DNA of 58,100 nucleotides from Candidatus Altimarinota bacterium. GTDB lineage: Bacteria > Patescibacteriota > Gracilibacteria > BD1-5 > UBA6164. Position numbers and translations under genes: made by a program. The notes beneath the pieces are model-generated. The model searched no databases and had not been told where the DNA came from. It saw only the letters and a list, made by a program, of their open reading frames with translations. Below are positions 55,766-58,100 of this stretch, one piece after another. Numbering within the stretch: the first letter of the stretch is position 1; every line of letters starts with the position of its first letter. The stretch lies in the NCBI GenBank assembly GCA_034111025.1, contig JAWUYB010000027.1, forward strand, positions 1 to 58,100, given 5' to 3'.

Positions 55766-55917
55766 ATATCATAGTTATAATTATATATACATAGTATATG
55801 AAAAAATATATAAAAAACTAGCTTCTAGATAATAGTTCCTCATTTTCTAGTTGTTATTTTTTTATATACTTTATTTCAATATATTTGTTTTTATTTTCTT
55901 TAGTTTACTGTTTACAT

Positions 55918-55935
55918 GTAAGAACGACGTAAGAA
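55918..55935. promoter_or_regulatory. Direct repeat GTAAGAA-N4-GTAAGAA upstream of the two-component operon (candidate response-regulator box)
   Basis: gtaagaacgacgtaagaa, with 11-bp periodicity. It lies about 150-170 nt upstream of the regulator ATG (55765). The same architecture occurs at 57387-57404. Confidence 0.45.
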
Positions 55936-55959
55936 TATCAAAAAAAAATCCTGTCTAAA

Positions 55960-56401
55960 ATAATATATAGTACAGTTCAAATGAAGGAGCTTGAGTCAAA
56001 TAAATATGTAGAAAAATGTACTTCAAAACAAATACAATTTACTGATACATTTAAAATCGAATTACTAAAATTATCGGACAAATGATTATTTTACAGAGAG
56101 ATATTCCATAAATTATGATTTCCAGATTATATTACTCATTCAAAGGTTCCAGAAAGAACATATACTCGATATAAGAACATCAACTGAATCTTTGTTTGGT
56201 CATATGAAGGATAAAATAGATATTTCTGAATGTCAGTCTTTAGAAGAAGTAAAAAGATATATGAATAAATATATTTACGAATATAATAACAAAAGACCCC
56301 AATGGGGTAGAAAAAAATGACTCCTGTACAATACAGAAATCATCTTTTAGATAACTAAAACTCTTTTTTATTTCCACTATACTTTAGTGGGGGCAGTTCA
56401 A
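55960..56401 (+). mobile_element. Decayed IS3-family (IS150-like) element, remnant B
   Basis: An orfA fragment MKELESNKYVEKCTSKQIQFTDTFKIELLKLSDKGLFYREIF (from 55981) is fused, after an internal deletion, to the transposase C-terminus ESLFGHMKDKIDISECQSLEEVKRYMNKYIYEYNNKRPQWG. The right end ...tttccactatactttagtgggggcagttcaa (to 56401) matches the ends of remnant A. An extra IR-like ...tagtacagttcaa sits at 55969-55980. Confidence 0.6.
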
Positions 56402-56421
56402 GTTCTCTCTTTTTTTTGTTA

Positions 56422-57264
56422 TTATTCAACAATATCTAATAAGCTTTCAACATCTATTTCATCTTCTTCTAATCTAGCATCAATTACATCTTGTAATGCT
56501 GTAATTTTAGATAATAATAATTCTTTACTTTCTTCTGATATTTTTTCATTTGCTTCAGTTTTATCATACATTTCTGATAATTTATTAGAAACTTTTTCTA
56601 ATTTATCAGAAGGTATTTTATCTAATCTAGAACCTAATTTATCAGCAAATGCTGTTTTATATTTCATAATTGTTCCAGATCTTTTTTCTCTGAACTCAGC
56701 TCTTTTTTCTTTCATTTCTTCTCTCATTTCTGATTTTTTATCCATCATTTCTATATGAGATTCATGTTTTTCTTGTAGTTTCATTCAAATTTCTGAATCT
56801 TCACCAACAATTTCTAACATTTTAGCTTTATGTTCTTCCCTGAGTTCTTTTGCTTTTTCTTTTAATTCAGTTCTTTTTTCAGCATCATCTTTAGCTTCAT
56901 TAAATCCTTCTTTTAATTCTTTCATTTCTGCTTTATGTTCATCCATCGCATCTTTTAATTCTGCTTTTGTTTCTTCATCTAAGTCAGCATAATATTCTTT
57001 CATTTTTCCTTTATATTCTTCTTTATGCTCACCTCTCATATCTTTCATTTCATCTCTTTTTTCTTTCATATATTCTTTTCTTTCGTCATTTACTTCTTTC
57101 ATTTCTTCTTTTCTTTCAGAATGGTTTTTTTTCATTTCCATTCTTTTTTCCATTTTTTCTTCATTATCCATTTCAGATGCATCATCCGCAAATACTCAAG
57201 ATATACCTAAACCAAATACTACTGAACTTGCTGTTAATCCAGCAATTATTTTTTTAGTTTCCAT
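56422..57264 (-). CDS. Secreted, highly charged E/K/M-rich alpha-helical repeat protein, 280 aa
   Basis: Track ORFs 56785-57171 and 56422-56784 are one frame joined by TGA (56785-87). The frame extends upstream to METKKIIAGLTASSVVFGLGISGVFA (signal peptide, ATG 57262-64). It contains repeated ..MKE..K..E..K.. heptad-like text. Confidence 0.65.
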
Positions 57265-57386
57265 AATTTCTTATAAAGTTATTATATAAATATTTAACAT
57301 ATTTACATTTAATAAATATGCTGTAAAGCAATGTTATAACACTTTGTAATTAATTGCAAATTACGAGATGATTATATAATATAAAA

Positions 57387-57404
57387 GTAAGAATGAGGTA
57401 AGAA
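57387..57404. promoter_or_regulatory. Second GTAAGAA-N4-GTAAGAA direct repeat, upstream of the E/K-rich protein gene
   Basis: gtaagaatgaggtaagaa, about 125-140 nt upstream of the ATG at 57264. It has the same orientation and spacing as the site at 55918-55935. Confidence 0.45.
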
Positions 57405-57498
57405 ATTAGTAAAAAAATAGTTTTTCATAAATATGTCACTGCTCATATTATCAAGATACTTATCTAGAAACTAATTTAGCATATATTATAACATAAAA

Positions 57499-57527
57499 AA
57501 ACACCTCATATTAGGTGTTTTTTACTG
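57499..57527. terminator. Hairpin terminator
   Basis: aaaaaaacacct-catatt-aggtgtttttt. It overlaps the stop of the lipoprotein gene. Confidence 0.6.
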
Positions 57528-57908
57528 TCTAGCCTTATATAATTCTATCATTTGTTTTTGTGCTTCTGATAAATTACTTTCTAATTTTATCCTTTCTAAT
57601 TTTTCTTTTTCTATTATTAATATATCTTGTTTTTGCTTTTGTTTTTCTTGCTCTATAAGAATATTAGTGTCATATCTATTTTGTTCTACTAATTCTTGTT
57701 TTTTAAAATTTCATTCAATTGTTAATCTTTCTTTTTCTTTTTCATTAGTAATATTTTTTAAAGATTCTTCAAAATCTAATAATTCTTGTTGATATTTTAC
57801 TTCTTCTATTTTTAGTTTTTCAGATTCATTTATGATAATTTCTTTTTCTGTATTATGAGAACAACTCATTAAAATAGTTAATAATAATAGTACAATTATT
57901 TTTTTCAT
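57522..57908 (-). CDS. Putative lipoprotein with coiled-coil, 128 aa
   Basis: MKKIIVLLLLTILMSC has a lipobox-like LMSC. Track ORF 57711-57926 continues through TGA to TAA at 57522-24. The start at 57908 is preferred because the upstream gene stops at 57919-21. Confidence 0.6.
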
Positions 57909-57918
57909 TTTCTCTATG

Positions 57919-58100
57919 TTAATCAATTATAATATTATCTAAGTATAAATATGTATCGATATAATATCATCCTCCCACTTCCCATCTAAAATCATACGTA
58001 CCTGGTTCTAAAAGTGGTGTTGTAAATGTATCATATGAATCAACTCATGTCGCTCTACTTACTTTGTATAAGTATTCTATATCGTTAATAAAGAACTTCA
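57919..58100 (-). CDS. 3' end of a CDS running off the window (partial)
   Basis: The frame reads ..KFFINDIEYLYKVSRATGVDSYDTFTTPLLEPGTYDFRWEVGGGYYIDTYLYLDNIIID, then TAA (57919-21). I recognise no family. Confidence 0.4.

Noticed and set aside
1-58100. Apparent massive pseudogenisation. In the supplied track, nearly all conserved genes (pilB, pilT, ftsZ, nusA, hisS, tex and others) appear only as 60-190 aa fragments or not at all.
   Set aside because: The fragments of each gene are in the same frame and are separated only by TGA, and those TGAs fall on conserved Gly positions. This is codon reassignment, not gene decay.
1-58100. TGA=Trp (table 4, Mollicutes-like) as the explanation for the read-through, given the AT-rich composition.
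   Set aside because: The TGA positions in FtsZ, MiaA, the methyltransferase, the K+ channel filter, PilB and the IS3 transposase are invariant glycines. Tryptophan positions (for example GNNWE and QPWKLF) use TGG.
1-58100. CRISPR arrays, rRNA genes, prophage blocks.
   Set aside because: Reading through the window, I saw no regularly spaced direct repeats, no rRNA-like conserved stretches, and no phage structural or integrase genes.

Overview
This is a strongly AT-rich 58.1 kb chromosomal segment. Under the standard code, almost every conserved gene is broken by in-frame TGA. Wherever such a TGA falls inside a conserved motif, it sits at a glycine position: FtsZ GVGGGG and GLGGGTGTG, MiaA P-loop GPTGSGKT, SAM-methyltransferase ExGxGxG, K+ channel TTTGFGD, PilB PQDG, IS3 transposase SRKGNC. 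The window therefore comes from an organism using translation table 25 (TGA=Gly), i.e. a Gracilibacteria/Absconditabacteria-type Patescibacteria (CPR) genome.

The supplied ORF track uses the standard code and fragments the genes. I re-derived about 60 CDS by hand, using TAA/TAG as the only stops. Coordinates come from manual counting, and each frame was checked by length divisible by 3. Small errors are possible.

Content:
1. A type IV pilus system: pilB, pilC, a major pilin and pilT, with a PP2C/SpoIIE phosphatase between pilB and pilC. It is accompanied by unusual minor-pilin candidates fused to lectin-type domains (discoidin-like, LamG, FGE/C-type-lectin fold).
2. A four-gene minus-strand operon of Cys-rich secreted giant proteins (700 and 1445 aa) plus an H-type-lectin membrane protein, lying convergent to an orphan VirB4-like ATPase.
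3. Housekeeping genes: hisS, ruvX, rplI, nusA, ftsA-ftsZ, miaA, tex, rplK, rpmE, rplJ-rplL with an L10-leader attenuator, and tRNA-Thr/Tyr/Leu.
4. Transporters and accessory genes: CaCA exchanger, DAACS symporter, K+ channel, EamA, DUF389, SanA, and a nitroreductase/HxlR pair.
5. An OmpR-type two-component system. A GTAAGAA-N4-GTAAGAA direct repeat occurs upstream of this operon and upstream of a secreted E/K-rich protein gene.
6. Two decayed IS3-family remnants.
7. A roughly 1.9 kb GC-richer island (about 39.2-41.2 kb) with two TGA-free genes and a strong Shine-Dalgarno, which looks foreign to this recoded genome.

I saw no rRNA genes and no CRISPR array.
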